Shown here: positions 18,575 to 27,800 of the stretch, in pieces
Layout of the letters: every line of letters starts with the position of its first letter
Position numbering within the stretch: the first letter of the stretch is position 1
NCBI GenBank assembly: GCA_964525605.1
Contig: CAZGKT010000001.1
Span: 133,153 to 197,152, forward strand
Source of the DNA: an uncultured bacterium
GTDB taxonomy: Bacteria > Oederibacteriota > Muellerivitia > Muellerivitales > Muellerivitaceae
Direction of reading: 5' to 3'
Length of the DNA stretch: 64,000 nt
Notes under the pieces: generated by a model
Database searches by the model: none
What the model was told of the DNA's origin: nothing
The model's input: only the letters and a program-made list of their open reading frames with translations
Made by a program: the position numbers and the translations under genes

Positions 18575-21118
18575 TTATGGATTTAGTTTGTACAACATGG
18601 AATTCCCAACTGCGTATACCAAACTTCCCAATTGGGCGAATTTGGAAAAAGCACCCGTATTCGCCGAGTATTTCTGCCGTTCCGCATCTCCTACATATAT
18701 GTAATCTATATTGTATTTCGTTAATAAGTCCTTTGTTTTTGCGAGATCCATAGAGGTATAGATGGTTTCTACATCCCCCTGGCGACGTTGAATTGTATCA
18801 TCAGAATTCTGTCCCCGGATAACTGCCTGGTCCCAAGATCCACGCCACTGAGCTTCATGAAAATCCCATCCAAGGACCGTTGGAAATCCTGTCAGAGTGG
18901 CCACGGTATCTGTATCTTGATGATATGACAACCCCGGGCATTCCAAAATGATTGGCACCTTTACTCCTGATAAATTTCCCTGTTTTACAGTCGGTTTCAC
19001 ATTTATTTTAATCCATTGCGCCACTTGAAAATCCGCCGGGAAAGTTCGTTCGTAATAAACAGCTCCATCCATGGTAACGTTATCGACTGAAGAACCGTTC
19101 ATACGTGCTGTGAAGGCCAAAACGGGATAAAGGGCCGCCCCCAACAGCGCTAATCCGATCGTAAAACCCCAAACACTTTTTCCCAAGACAGTCCATTGCG
19201 GCCAAGCGTTTTCCATAATCCACTTGAGCCAAAAACCGGAAGCGAGGCTGAGTAAAATCCACGCCTGGTAATGAAACTTGAAAACCGTATTCATCCGATA
19301 AAGAGATCCTCCGGAAAAATGGTCTTTAATAAACACAATCTCACAGCCAATAATCAATAGAAAAGCAAGAAGTGCCAGAAGAGCAGAAAAAATGGTTTCC
19401 CTTGTTTCGGTCTTTTGAATGATCGATAGAACCGCCAACCCCGCCAACAGAAGCGTGGCGAACAGGGTTCCAAGTTTGAGGGCTTCTAAATCCAATAAGC
19501 CAAGCACTAATCCGATGGTTAATAAAGTAACAATCGGTATAAAACGACCCTTTGATCCGTTTAGATACGATATCAATTTATCGAAAATTCCCTGGAGTTG
19601 TACCTTTGGAAGAACCATGACCTCGGAGTCAGAAGCCAGACTCATTTCTCCACCACAAGTTCCACAGTATTTTTTACCAGGATTCTCTCTTCCGCAAAAG
19701 GAGCAGACAGGCTCCTCAGTCTTTTTCGTTTTGGCTTTACCGTTCTTTTCCAGATTCCCCTTCATGATGGATTTGATGATCAAGGCGGGAGTCAAAATCA
19801 AAAAGAACAAGCCAAATAGGATAAACAAATAATAAAGATGGGTTCGGTCCCCCACTATCCCCAGCCCTTTCGCTTGCGACTGAAACTTCAGATAAAAAGG
19901 TAGGTAGATGATGAAACTTCCAGCAACGATCGGAACACCCACTGTAGCTGTTTGAATTAACCAATCCATGAAAGTATCTTCTTTGGCAAGAGCCCAACCC
20001 TGTTGAAGAAAAAGACAGCTTCCTAATAAAAGCATGAAGGTTGGAAAATCCCAACTATTCATGAAGGATAGTCCGCCAAATAAAACCATGAGTAAAAACC
20101 AATAAATCCATCGAACAACGGGCCGTGCACCCAACACCTGCATGCCCCCGAAAGGCGTTCGTAGGAGCGAATAAGCCGCCGCGATCGCCAAAAGGACAAA
20201 CGGAATGGCCATCACATGGGGATGAAGGTCTGAAAGGAAAAAGCTAAATGAAGGAAACTCATTGATCATTTTATCCGTGGGAGGAACGGGAATGATCCGT
20301 GAGGCTTGAAAATAATCCCAACCATGGGCAAGAGGTGAAAAAAGAAAATCGAGGGCTGCCCCCAATCCTTTTGGGGCGCTGGGATTGGCTGGAAAATTGT
20401 AATAAGGGATTCGCAGGTCCCCTATTTGAAAACTCTGGATAACCCGATACCAATAATCCAAGTTTCCGAACAAGGCGAGAGCCGCCACAGAAAATAGAGA
20501 ATATCGATATCGGCGGGTTAACCCATAGGCCAGGGAAAAAGTACAAACCGCGGCCAAAGACCAAGTCAACGCAATCGCTAGGTTATAGGCCACGCCCGAA
20601 CCCACTCCGCTTAAAAGGGAAAGAGCGGAAACGATCATGTAGCCGAAGTAATAATAGGAAATACTGCCTCCAGAAAGCCAAGGATCCTGAGGAGGCATAG
20701 ACGGGGAAGCCAAAATGCCGTTGATCATGGCGAAATCCATGGGTTTTTCGGTCCCGACAATGTCTGGAGTGCGCATTTTGTAAGCACCGGCTATTAAAAA
20801 CGCCATGAGAAACAAAGATTCCACAACTAATATAAAACCCAGGTTTCTGCCCAGATATTCTTTGATGGAAACCCATTGATCCCAAAGAATCCATGAGGAG
20901 AGGAGAATCATCGTCAAGACCGCAAGCCAAACAGTCCCCCTTCCAAAGGAAACATAACCAAAGATCCAGGAAAAATAACCAACCATTAAAAGCGCAACCA
21001 CCTTACTAAAGGCATAGCCTTTTTCGGGAAGATGTCGCAAAAGGATCAAAGTAATTGGCAAAGCCAATATCCCCAAGATTTCAATCATGAACCACCAACC
21101 CAAAAGCGCCGCCATCAT
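18575..21118 (-). CDS. DUF2298 / 'YYY-domain' (TIGR03662-like) large polytopic membrane protein with internal zinc ribbon
   Basis: 847 aa. Signature 'GTEKPMDFAMINGILASPSMPPQDPWLSGGSISYYYFGY' (the YYY motif after the first TM block). Many TM helices. A cytoplasmic-loop zinc ribbon 'EPVCSFCGRENPGKKYCGTCGG' (aa ~470-490, nt ~19654-19710). C-terminal soluble domain ('PTVLGWDFHEAQWRG..IYTSMDLAKTKDLLTKYNIDYIYVG') homologous to the C-terminus of the 2053-aa protein. Confidence 0.65.
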   Translation of the reverse strand: MMAALLGWWFMIEILGILALPITLILLRHLPEKGYAFSKVVALLMVGYFSWIFGYVSFGRGTVWLAVLTMILLSSWILWDQWVSIKEYLGRNLGFILVVESLFLMAFLIAGAYKMRTPDIVGTEKPMDFAMINGILASPSMPPQDPWLSGGSISYYYFGYMIVSALSLLSGVGSGVAYNLAIALTWSLAAVCTFSLAYGLTRRYRYSLFSVAALALFGNLDYWYRVIQSFQIGDLRIPYYNFPANPSAPKGLGAALDFLFSPLAHGWDYFQASRIIPVPPTDKMINEFPSFSFFLSDLHPHVMAIPFVLLAIAAAYSLLRTPFGGMQVLGARPVVRWIYWFLLMVLFGGLSFMNSWDFPTFMLLLGSCLFLQQGWALAKEDTFMDWLIQTATVGVPIVAGSFIIYLPFYLKFQSQAKGLGIVGDRTHLYYLFILFGLFFLILTPALIIKSIMKGNLEKNGKAKTKKTEEPVCSFCGRENPGKKYCGTCGGEMSLASDSEVMVLPKVQLQGIFDKLISYLNGSKGRFIPIVTLLTIGLVLGLLDLEALKLGTLFATLLLAGLAVLSIIQKTETRETIFSALLALLAFLLIIGCEIVFIKDHFSGGSLYRMNTVFKFHYQAWILLSLASGFWLKWIMENAWPQWTVLGKSVWGFTIGLALLGAALYPVLAFTARMNGSSVDNVTMDGAVYYERTFPADFQVAQWIKINVKPTVKQGNLSGVKVPIILECPGLSYHQDTDTVATLTGFPTVLGWDFHEAQWRGSWDQAVIRGQNSDDTIQRRQGDVETIYTSMDLAKTKDLLTKYNIDYIYVGDAERQKYSANTGAFSKFAQLGSLVYAVGNSMLYKLNP

Positions 21119-21151
21119 GAACCTCCGAGGGTGGATAATAAAATCATGCTG

Positions 21152-24100
21152 TTAATTTCGAACAGGAGGAGGATTGTAATAAATTTCAACTTCCGGATTT
21201 TTATAAATCAATGGCAAAAAATTGGCAAATTTCGCCAATCCCAAGGTGGGGTAACCGGCTTTGCCCCCGGCTCCATTTCGTTCAATAGTCCCCACCATTA
21301 CGAGTCGAACCCCATAAGCGTCCAACATCCGCTTGGCCAATCCCAGATCCGTTGTTTCGTATATTTGGTCCACTGCCGCTTTACGGTTGTAGATATCGGT
21401 GTCCAACTGTTTTCCCACCCATTCATGTACATGTGAATCCCACCCCATAAGCGCCGGAATACCTGTGAAAATTGAAAAGCGCGAGCCCCAAGAATTATAA
21501 CCTGCACCCACAAATTCCATGAGGCAGGGCTGGTTGGGGACATGGTCGTTCAAAAAGCGAATCGCGGCGTCGTCTCCCGGGTTGGAGCGGTGCATATACT
21601 CGAGCCCGTTTAGCGTAGGGCTTTCCACATAACCAACCCATTTCAGACGAGTTGATTCAAAAAAACCATGACACTTCCTTATTGAAGCCGCCAGGGGATA
21701 AATCGATACCGCTATAGCTAGAATCAAAACCAATGTACTCCAGCATCGGAAGGCGAGTTTCGCACCCATATTCTTTTGACCTTCCCATAGGAAGGCAATT
21801 AGGGTTACTGAAAGAGCCGCAAGAGAACCCGGTAAAAGAAATTCAACATTCAGGATGTTGCTCCAATGTTGAATCAGGTTTAGAAGAGAGCCAAAACTTC
21901 CTTGAGGAAGCAAGGAAACTATTGATACAAAAATCGACATCCCTCCCAGTCCCAAACTTAAAACCCAATCAGCTGTCTTTTTCAAAGTGCTCGTTGTCAA
22001 TCTCCATATCAAAAGGCCCGCCACAACAACGATGTTAATGATATAGGTAATGGGTGTTTGGAGCGAATCGGCAAAGTTGAAAAAGATAAGTTCCAAAATT
22101 AAGAATAGAAGCACCCCGGCCACCGCAACCAGCACGCGTTTGGATACGAGAGTCTCTTTTTTAGCCGTTTTAAGCCATCCCAAAATGAAATCAATCATCT
22201 TGGGAATCAAAGCTCCCACGGCGATGGAGGCCAACATCCAGGCGTGAATTCCAAATTTAAACAAGGAGTTGTTCCGCATCCAGTCGCCGCCCAAAAACTC
22301 ACTGACGGCGAACAATTCCAAAACTGCTAAGACCAGAAATAAAAGCGCGGTTAGAATATAGGTAAAAGAAAGAGGCCGGTCCTTGATAACCTTCACGGCA
22401 AGTCCAAGATAAAAGAATCCCAAGAGCCACAAAACCGAGCAAAGACCCAACCCAAGGGTTAAAGCCATATCCTGATAAAGGTGAATTCCCTGGAGGGAGA
22501 GAACAACTATCCACAGCAATACCACCGCTGCTTCCGCCAGCCATATTTCCCAGCGAGTTTTTAACTGAACCGCAAGCACAAGCAAAATCGCGGCTACGCT
22601 GGCCAATAGCTGTGAGAAAAAGACCTTCCCCTGGGGTTCAGACCAATGAACCCAGGAAGCTCCCCAAACCACCATCAGAGAAAAGAACCCCAGTGACAAA
22701 ATTCCCCGAACGGGGTCTTTAGGGGAAAGCAATCCCGATAGAAAATCAAAGGCTTTGTCGGGCAAATTTTTCAAGAATCGTTTTTCCGGCTTGGCTTTAC
22801 CCACCCAGAGCAAAATCTCTTTGGAATAGGCCAGAACAAAACTCATTAAAAGTATTGAAAGAAAAAAACCATAAATACCAATGAAGTCGTTAAGATCCGT
22901 GCGAATGGACGGCAGAACCCAGAGAATCTTGTTTTGCTGAGGAGTAAATCGAAGAAAGTTCGGAATCCAGAACAAGCCCGCGGTCACCAATATTCCTGCC
23001 ACACCTACTGCAATAAACAGCAAGTGTTTCGAAAGAAGCCGCGTAGTTTTTTGTAAATATAGCCAGAGGACAGACGCTAAAAACCCAAGACCAAGAAATA
23101 GAATCAAGTAGAACGTGGACCCACCCAGAGCCTGTTGATCCACCCCAGGCATGATCAAGGTCCACCAACCCAGCAAGGTAAACGCAAGAACCAGAATGCT
23201 GAAAACCATGCCAGACCCTTTCACAATGGTTTTTCCATTGAGAACTACAAGTCCGCGAACCAAAAGAGTGATCCCGATGATCGCGAGCCCCGTGAGAATA
23301 TCCCAAGTATTCAGAAACACGAGCCCGCCCATCAAAAATCCAGCAACCAGAAACTTGAACCAATCCCCTTTCCAACTAAATAGCTTAGGCGCAGGGGATA
23401 AATAAATGGAAGCCACCACTCCCCATAAAAGCATGTCGAAAGGCATGGCTAGCGTATGTGAATGCATGTCGCCATAAAGCACGCTGAAATAGGGAAACTC
23501 GTTGATACTGTTCGGAATCACTCGAGAGGGGCCAAAAAAATCATAGGTAATTCCGTTAAGCGCGGACAAGTTATGGGCGACTATGCATTGGTTAATCGCG
23601 GCCAAATATTGTTTAACTCCGGTGAGGTTGCTCGCCATTGCACATAAAAAACCTGCCACCCAACCTCCCGAAAGCCGTCCCGATAAGACGTAGGCTAGAC
23701 CGAAAGCGGATGAAAAAATCAGGGCAAATAGAGTTATCAAGCTCAAGTTATAGGTCACGGCAGGTACCAGCCCCAGAGTTTTGGAGAGTATCCCCATCAT
23801 TAGATGGCCAAAATAATACGGGTAACCAATAGGTTGGCCCGCCATCCACATATTTTGTGGAGGGAATGTCTCGCCCCGCACGATGGAGGCCAAAAATCCA
23901 AAATCCATACCCGCTTCTCCACCCCCATTGTATCCTTCGCCCGAGGGATCATGCACATGAGAGGAATAAAGACGGACGAATGTGAACGCGATAAAGGCAA
24001 AAACGAACACGCCTTCTTGAATTAACCAGACACGACCCAAACGCTTATAAAAATCTTTGATAACTTTTCGGTCGCGCCAATACCCATAAACCGAAAGACC

Positions 24101-27100
24101 CGTAAGAAGCAAAAACCAAACCCAACAGGCCCCCGCTGTAAAATGCGTGATTTTCAAGCTTGTCATAAACCACACAACCCAGGTGAAAACAAGGAAACCC
24201 AGAACCTTACTGAGCGAATAGGCCCCCGCAGAAATAGGGGAAAGGATGCGAAGCGTCAGCGGTAATACGAGCCATCCGAGGACAACCAAAAGCGCCAGCC
24301 AGGTGAACCAGGCGCGGCATTGATAACCCGTCTTCTCTTCCGGTCGGGGAGGCAAATTCATGATGTCATTTTCCACAACTGGGTGGTCCGCCAGGTCTTG
24401 CAAAACCTTGAGGGTTTGAGTGTCCGGCAAGCCGGGCACGGTCGCAGGGGCCTGAACTGGGGGGGCGTTAACATCGGTCACGGAGGAAGAGGCAGCGGAT
24501 GCCGGAGGAAGTTTCCCCCCTATGGGGGGCACAATAGCAGGCAAGGTTTTTTCAGCTTGTAGTTTGTCGGGCGGCGGAGGAGATTGAGTTGCAGGCGCGG
24601 AAAGGTTGTTAAGCTTTTGAAGCAGCCCGGCCTGTTCCAGAGCCTGGTTATGTTTGCTGATGAAATCATCCACGTTTTCAGGCGTGATTGCCCTCATCTG
24701 GTCACGAGTAATGCCCCGCACGTAATCATCCGAGTTGAGAATTTCCAAGATGCGTTCTGGAGTCACTTGCTCGACTTTTTTGAAAATATAAACCCGAGGA
24801 TGGTCATACACGGAAAAGGATTCCTCAGCCATATCATCCGGATGGGCCCACCCTAGCAAGCTGGGAAAATTGTGAAATTCATGTAACATTTTGTAACCTA
24901 AAAGCCCAGCCCAGAGGGCCCGGTAATACCGGGAGGTCACTGGATAAGCATTAAACCCGTGAGGCCTGAACTCAGGAGTTTCATCCGTTAGGGTGTACCA
25001 GAGTTTCTTTGAAGAAATGGCGATATAGTCAGCCTGAGGAATCATATTGGCGTAATAATTTTTCTTTACCGGGCTGTCGTCCGTTGGAAAACCGTGCAGT
25101 TCGTAGGGAGTCAAATCCTGGAGTTGGTAAAGTCCCGGATTCATCGGCCGATCTAACCGTGAGTCCTGTTGGGGGTTCAAATCCACCGGCAACCCATCTC
25201 CCCAGGCCTCGTTATAAATCTTTGAGCCAAGGGGTATGTTTTTATAAATCCAGCCTGATGAATCAAGCCAGGGATGCGCATACCGATAGACATGCATATA
25301 GGCCATTGAATAAAAAAGGCTTCCACCAACGGTTAATGCCAATAGCGCGGGTTTGATAAACCTTTCCAGGTTTTTAGGGAGCCGATCAAACACATTCCAC
25401 AAAAAAATCGCCGCAAAAATGCAAAAAACAGGGGCCAGGGGAACCATATAGCGTATGAATTTCGTGTTCCATCCGCCAATAAAGGCGAAATAGGGGATGA
25501 ACCAAGAAAGAAGAATGAGTTCTGGCAGGATAAATCTAAACCCTTTGTTTTTCAGAAAAGGCGCTGGGAGGATCGCTCCGGAAGAAACCGGTTGAAAAAG
25601 CTGAAGAACGAATCTTCCTAAAACCCAAACCATCCCTAGTACCGCCGTGATCCCGAGGGGCCACCACAACTCCACACTGATCAGGTTCTGAAGATGAAAA
25701 ATGTATCGGGGCGTGTCTTTAAATTGCAGCACATAGCAGGCGCCCGCATCAGATACCACCGACCACTCATAATTCATTGAGTTCATAAACCCCTGGTAAT
25801 CCAAGAGGGACCATGGTGAAAGCAAACAAAAGATCAGAAATGAAAGAGCACCGGCCGAAGAAAGTCTTAACCACAGGGGTACCTGGGCCCGCAATACCCT
25901 GAATTTCGAGACTCCCCACACAAACAGGACTGCGGCCATACCTGCAAGAGAGAGAAAAAGAACAATCCAAATGCCAATGGAACCGTTGGGGTTCAAAGGG
26001 CAGAGATCACGTATGACACCCTTTAATTTATAACCTGCTCCAACCAAAGCGCCTGTACCCCCAGCGAGAAACAGTGCCGCGAGAATATTGTTCAGGCTTT
26101 GATCGTCCCTGTTTTTATGATCAAGCTTCAGCCAATCCTTTTCAGTGGTTTTCGATAAATACACCAGATGGCCGATCAAAATCATGAACAGGTAATAAAG
26201 GGAGCTTGTTTTTGCCGCCATGGAAAGACCAAAAGCCGCACCAACTAAAAGGTAATTTTTCCAAGACCCCTGCCGAGAAACTTCATACGCACCAAGTGCG
26301 ATGACCACCAACATGAGGGTGATAAAAGATTCCGTGATGCAGTAATGGCAAACCTGGATACTCACAACGGAGAAAGCGAAAAACGCAGACCCCAAAAGGG
26401 CTAGTGGTTTATTTTCATAAACCTTGTTCAGGAACCAATAAATAACCAGAATGGTCAGGGTGGAAAAAAAGGCGGCCCAAATACGCCCAATAATCATGCA
26501 ATCGCTGTAACCAGTGTATTGAAGGCCATAATGCGAGAAAGAGGCGAAAATGGCCCAAATCCCCAGGGCCATTTGAAGAAGTCGGCCCCACCGGGATTCC
26601 CAGCTAAACCAAGTAAATGCCGCTCCGACGACCAACGCAAAGGCCATGGAACCAAAGGTTCTCGCGAAAGCATCTGGAAGGAAAAATGGTATGACACCCA
26701 ATAAAAAGGTCAATCCAGCTGCGATATAAATTGGGAGTCCTAACCATTCCAATCCGATGAAATCGGACAAAAGGGCCGAAACCCCGAAAAACAAAATCGC
26801 GTCCAAGCAAAAATTCGCTCCTTTTAATGGCCAATCATTCAGAAAATCAAACCAGGCCGAAAACACTGGCACGAATTTGATAAACAAAACAAGCAAAAAC
26901 ACCCCGGAGGCGATTAAGAAAGAAGGAATTTTGAATTTTTTCCGTGGGAAAAGCCAACCGATTCCCGCAAATAGAGAGATAAGAAAAGCCCAATAAAAGA
27001 AAGCAGCTAGGAAAGCCTGGTTGGGGAAAAACGAATTGAAAAAAGACGGGGTAGAAATTAGTTCACCGGTGGCTCGATAAAGGTAAACAGGCAGTTGGCC

Positions 27101-27313
27101 GTAAGCAAAGAACTTAACCTTAAAACCATCCGAGGCTTGAATACTTGCGGTTTGACCAAGAATGTTTCTTTCATCAGGATGAAAGGACTTGCCAAAATCC
27201 CAGTTAGGATTGTAAAACCGGAAACCCGCTCCTAAGAGAGTAATAAAAACAAGTATGATAAATGTTGGATTATTCCAACGTCTCAAGACCGATAAATTGC
27301 TTTTTCGGGCCAC
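21152..27313 (-). CDS. giant (2053 aa) polytopic membrane protein: N-terminal GT-C (TIGR03663/PMT-like) module, Pro-rich linker, C-terminal DUF2298 'YYY'-like module
   Basis: N-terminal part has an early-loop 'FHPDERN' acidic motif like the 12988 protein, with >12 TM helices and a soluble domain. Pro-rich segment aa ~905-990 ('ATQSPPPPDKLQAEKTLPAIVPPIGGKLPPASAASSSVTDVNAPPVQAPATVPGLP', nt ~24346-24601). C-terminal half repeats the DUF2298 signature 'GGEAGMDFGFLASIVRGETFPPQNMWMAGQPIGYPYYFGH' (aligns to the YYY motif of the 847-aa protein). C-terminus 'PALMGWDSHVHEWVG..IYETTDLGLAKRMLDAYGVRLVMVG' aligns with the 847-aa protein C-terminus. No internal stops over 6.2 kb. Confidence 0.65.
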   Translation of the reverse strand: MARKSNLSVLRRWNNPTFIILVFITLLGAGFRFYNPNWDFGKSFHPDERNILGQTASIQASDGFKVKFFAYGQLPVYLYRATGELISTPSFFNSFFPNQAFLAAFFYWAFLISLFAGIGWLFPRKKFKIPSFLIASGVFLLVLFIKFVPVFSAWFDFLNDWPLKGANFCLDAILFFGVSALLSDFIGLEWLGLPIYIAAGLTFLLGVIPFFLPDAFARTFGSMAFALVVGAAFTWFSWESRWGRLLQMALGIWAIFASFSHYGLQYTGYSDCMIIGRIWAAFFSTLTILVIYWFLNKVYENKPLALLGSAFFAFSVVSIQVCHYCITESFITLMLVVIALGAYEVSRQGSWKNYLLVGAAFGLSMAAKTSSLYYLFMILIGHLVYLSKTTEKDWLKLDHKNRDDQSLNNILAALFLAGGTGALVGAGYKLKGVIRDLCPLNPNGSIGIWIVLFLSLAGMAAVLFVWGVSKFRVLRAQVPLWLRLSSAGALSFLIFCLLSPWSLLDYQGFMNSMNYEWSVVSDAGACYVLQFKDTPRYIFHLQNLISVELWWPLGITAVLGMVWVLGRFVLQLFQPVSSGAILPAPFLKNKGFRFILPELILLSWFIPYFAFIGGWNTKFIRYMVPLAPVFCIFAAIFLWNVFDRLPKNLERFIKPALLALTVGGSLFYSMAYMHVYRYAHPWLDSSGWIYKNIPLGSKIYNEAWGDGLPVDLNPQQDSRLDRPMNPGLYQLQDLTPYELHGFPTDDSPVKKNYYANMIPQADYIAISSKKLWYTLTDETPEFRPHGFNAYPVTSRYYRALWAGLLGYKMLHEFHNFPSLLGWAHPDDMAEESFSVYDHPRVYIFKKVEQVTPERILEILNSDDYVRGITRDQMRAITPENVDDFISKHNQALEQAGLLQKLNNLSAPATQSPPPPDKLQAEKTLPAIVPPIGGKLPPASAASSSVTDVNAPPVQAPATVPGLPDTQTLKVLQDLADHPVVENDIMNLPPRPEEKTGYQCRAWFTWLALLVVLGWLVLPLTLRILSPISAGAYSLSKVLGFLVFTWVVWFMTSLKITHFTAGACWVWFLLLTGLSVYGYWRDRKVIKDFYKRLGRVWLIQEGVFVFAFIAFTFVRLYSSHVHDPSGEGYNGGGEAGMDFGFLASIVRGETFPPQNMWMAGQPIGYPYYFGHLMMGILSKTLGLVPAVTYNLSLITLFALIFSSAFGLAYVLSGRLSGGWVAGFLCAMASNLTGVKQYLAAINQCIVAHNLSALNGITYDFFGPSRVIPNSINEFPYFSVLYGDMHSHTLAMPFDMLLWGVVASIYLSPAPKLFSWKGDWFKFLVAGFLMGGLVFLNTWDILTGLAIIGITLLVRGLVVLNGKTIVKGSGMVFSILVLAFTLLGWWTLIMPGVDQQALGGSTFYLILFLGLGFLASVLWLYLQKTTRLLSKHLLFIAVGVAGILVTAGLFWIPNFLRFTPQQNKILWVLPSIRTDLNDFIGIYGFFLSILLMSFVLAYSKEILLWVGKAKPEKRFLKNLPDKAFDFLSGLLSPKDPVRGILSLGFFSLMVVWGASWVHWSEPQGKVFFSQLLASVAAILLVLAVQLKTRWEIWLAEAAVVLLWIVVLSLQGIHLYQDMALTLGLGLCSVLWLLGFFYLGLAVKVIKDRPLSFTYILTALLFLVLAVLELFAVSEFLGGDWMRNNSLFKFGIHAWMLASIAVGALIPKMIDFILGWLKTAKKETLVSKRVLVAVAGVLLFLILELIFFNFADSLQTPITYIINIVVVAGLLIWRLTTSTLKKTADWVLSLGLGGMSIFVSIVSLLPQGSFGSLLNLIQHWSNILNVEFLLPGSLAALSVTLIAFLWEGQKNMGAKLAFRCWSTLVLILAIAVSIYPLAASIRKCHGFFESTRLKWVGYVESPTLNGLEYMHRSNPGDDAAIRFLNDHVPNQPCLMEFVGAGYNSWGSRFSIFTGIPALMGWDSHVHEWVGKQLDTDIYNRKAAVDQIYETTDLGLAKRMLDAYGVRLVMVGTIERNGAGGKAGYPTLGLAKFANFLPLIYKNPEVEIYYNPPPVRN

Positions 27314-27413
27314 AACACCCTCTAAATTCGTTGATTTTCGCAGAGAAATTCAAAAAACGTGTTGCAGTATAGCTGAATTACCAAGTAAAAAAAACGTTCA
27401 AATTCTAGACCTA

Positions 27414-27800
27414 TTACCGACAAAAAACCTGGGATCCCCCGACTTGAAGGTTATTACAAAACACCTTAAAAGAATATATTCCCGGGGCTGGAAAGACCAC
27501 CCGCCAACTGGTTATCAGGTCATGAAAGCTCATGTCGGAAAACAAAATCTTGCGTGGAGCCGAATCGGATACTTTGACCCCTTTTTCGTCAAAAAGACTA
27601 ATATCAATTTGAAATTCCCCTCCCGAAGGATGGTTCAGCCTGGTAAAAGTCATAAATTCAACCCCAAATGGATAACCCGGCGGCCCAAACCCTTGAAAAA
27701 CACCTCTTAAGTCGTAATTTTTATTCAAAACATCCTGAAAAATAGAATGACAACAGAGAAAGCTTGAAACCTTTGGCAGATTAAAATCAGTTGAGTTCAC
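27414..27800 (-). CDS. hypothetical small protein (128 aa), possibly translationally coupled to the upstream GT2
   Basis: Start overlaps the GT2 stop in an ATGA arrangement (27797-27800). No recognisable motif. The competing + strand ORF 27255..27710 overlaps the giant gene start and looks less plausible. Confidence 0.35.
   Translation of the reverse strand: MNSTDFNLPKVSSFLCCHSIFQDVLNKNYDLRGVFQGFGPPGYPFGVEFMTFTRLNHPSGGEFQIDISLFDEKGVKVSDSAPRKILFSDMSFHDLITSWRVVFPAPGIYSFKVFCNNLQVGGSQVFCR

Noticed and set aside
27255-27710. 151-aa plus-strand ORF overlapping the start of the giant gene
   Set aside because: Overlaps the N-terminus of the 2053-aa gene. The minus-strand 128-aa ORF with ATGA coupling is the more parsimonious occupant, and even that is low confidence.
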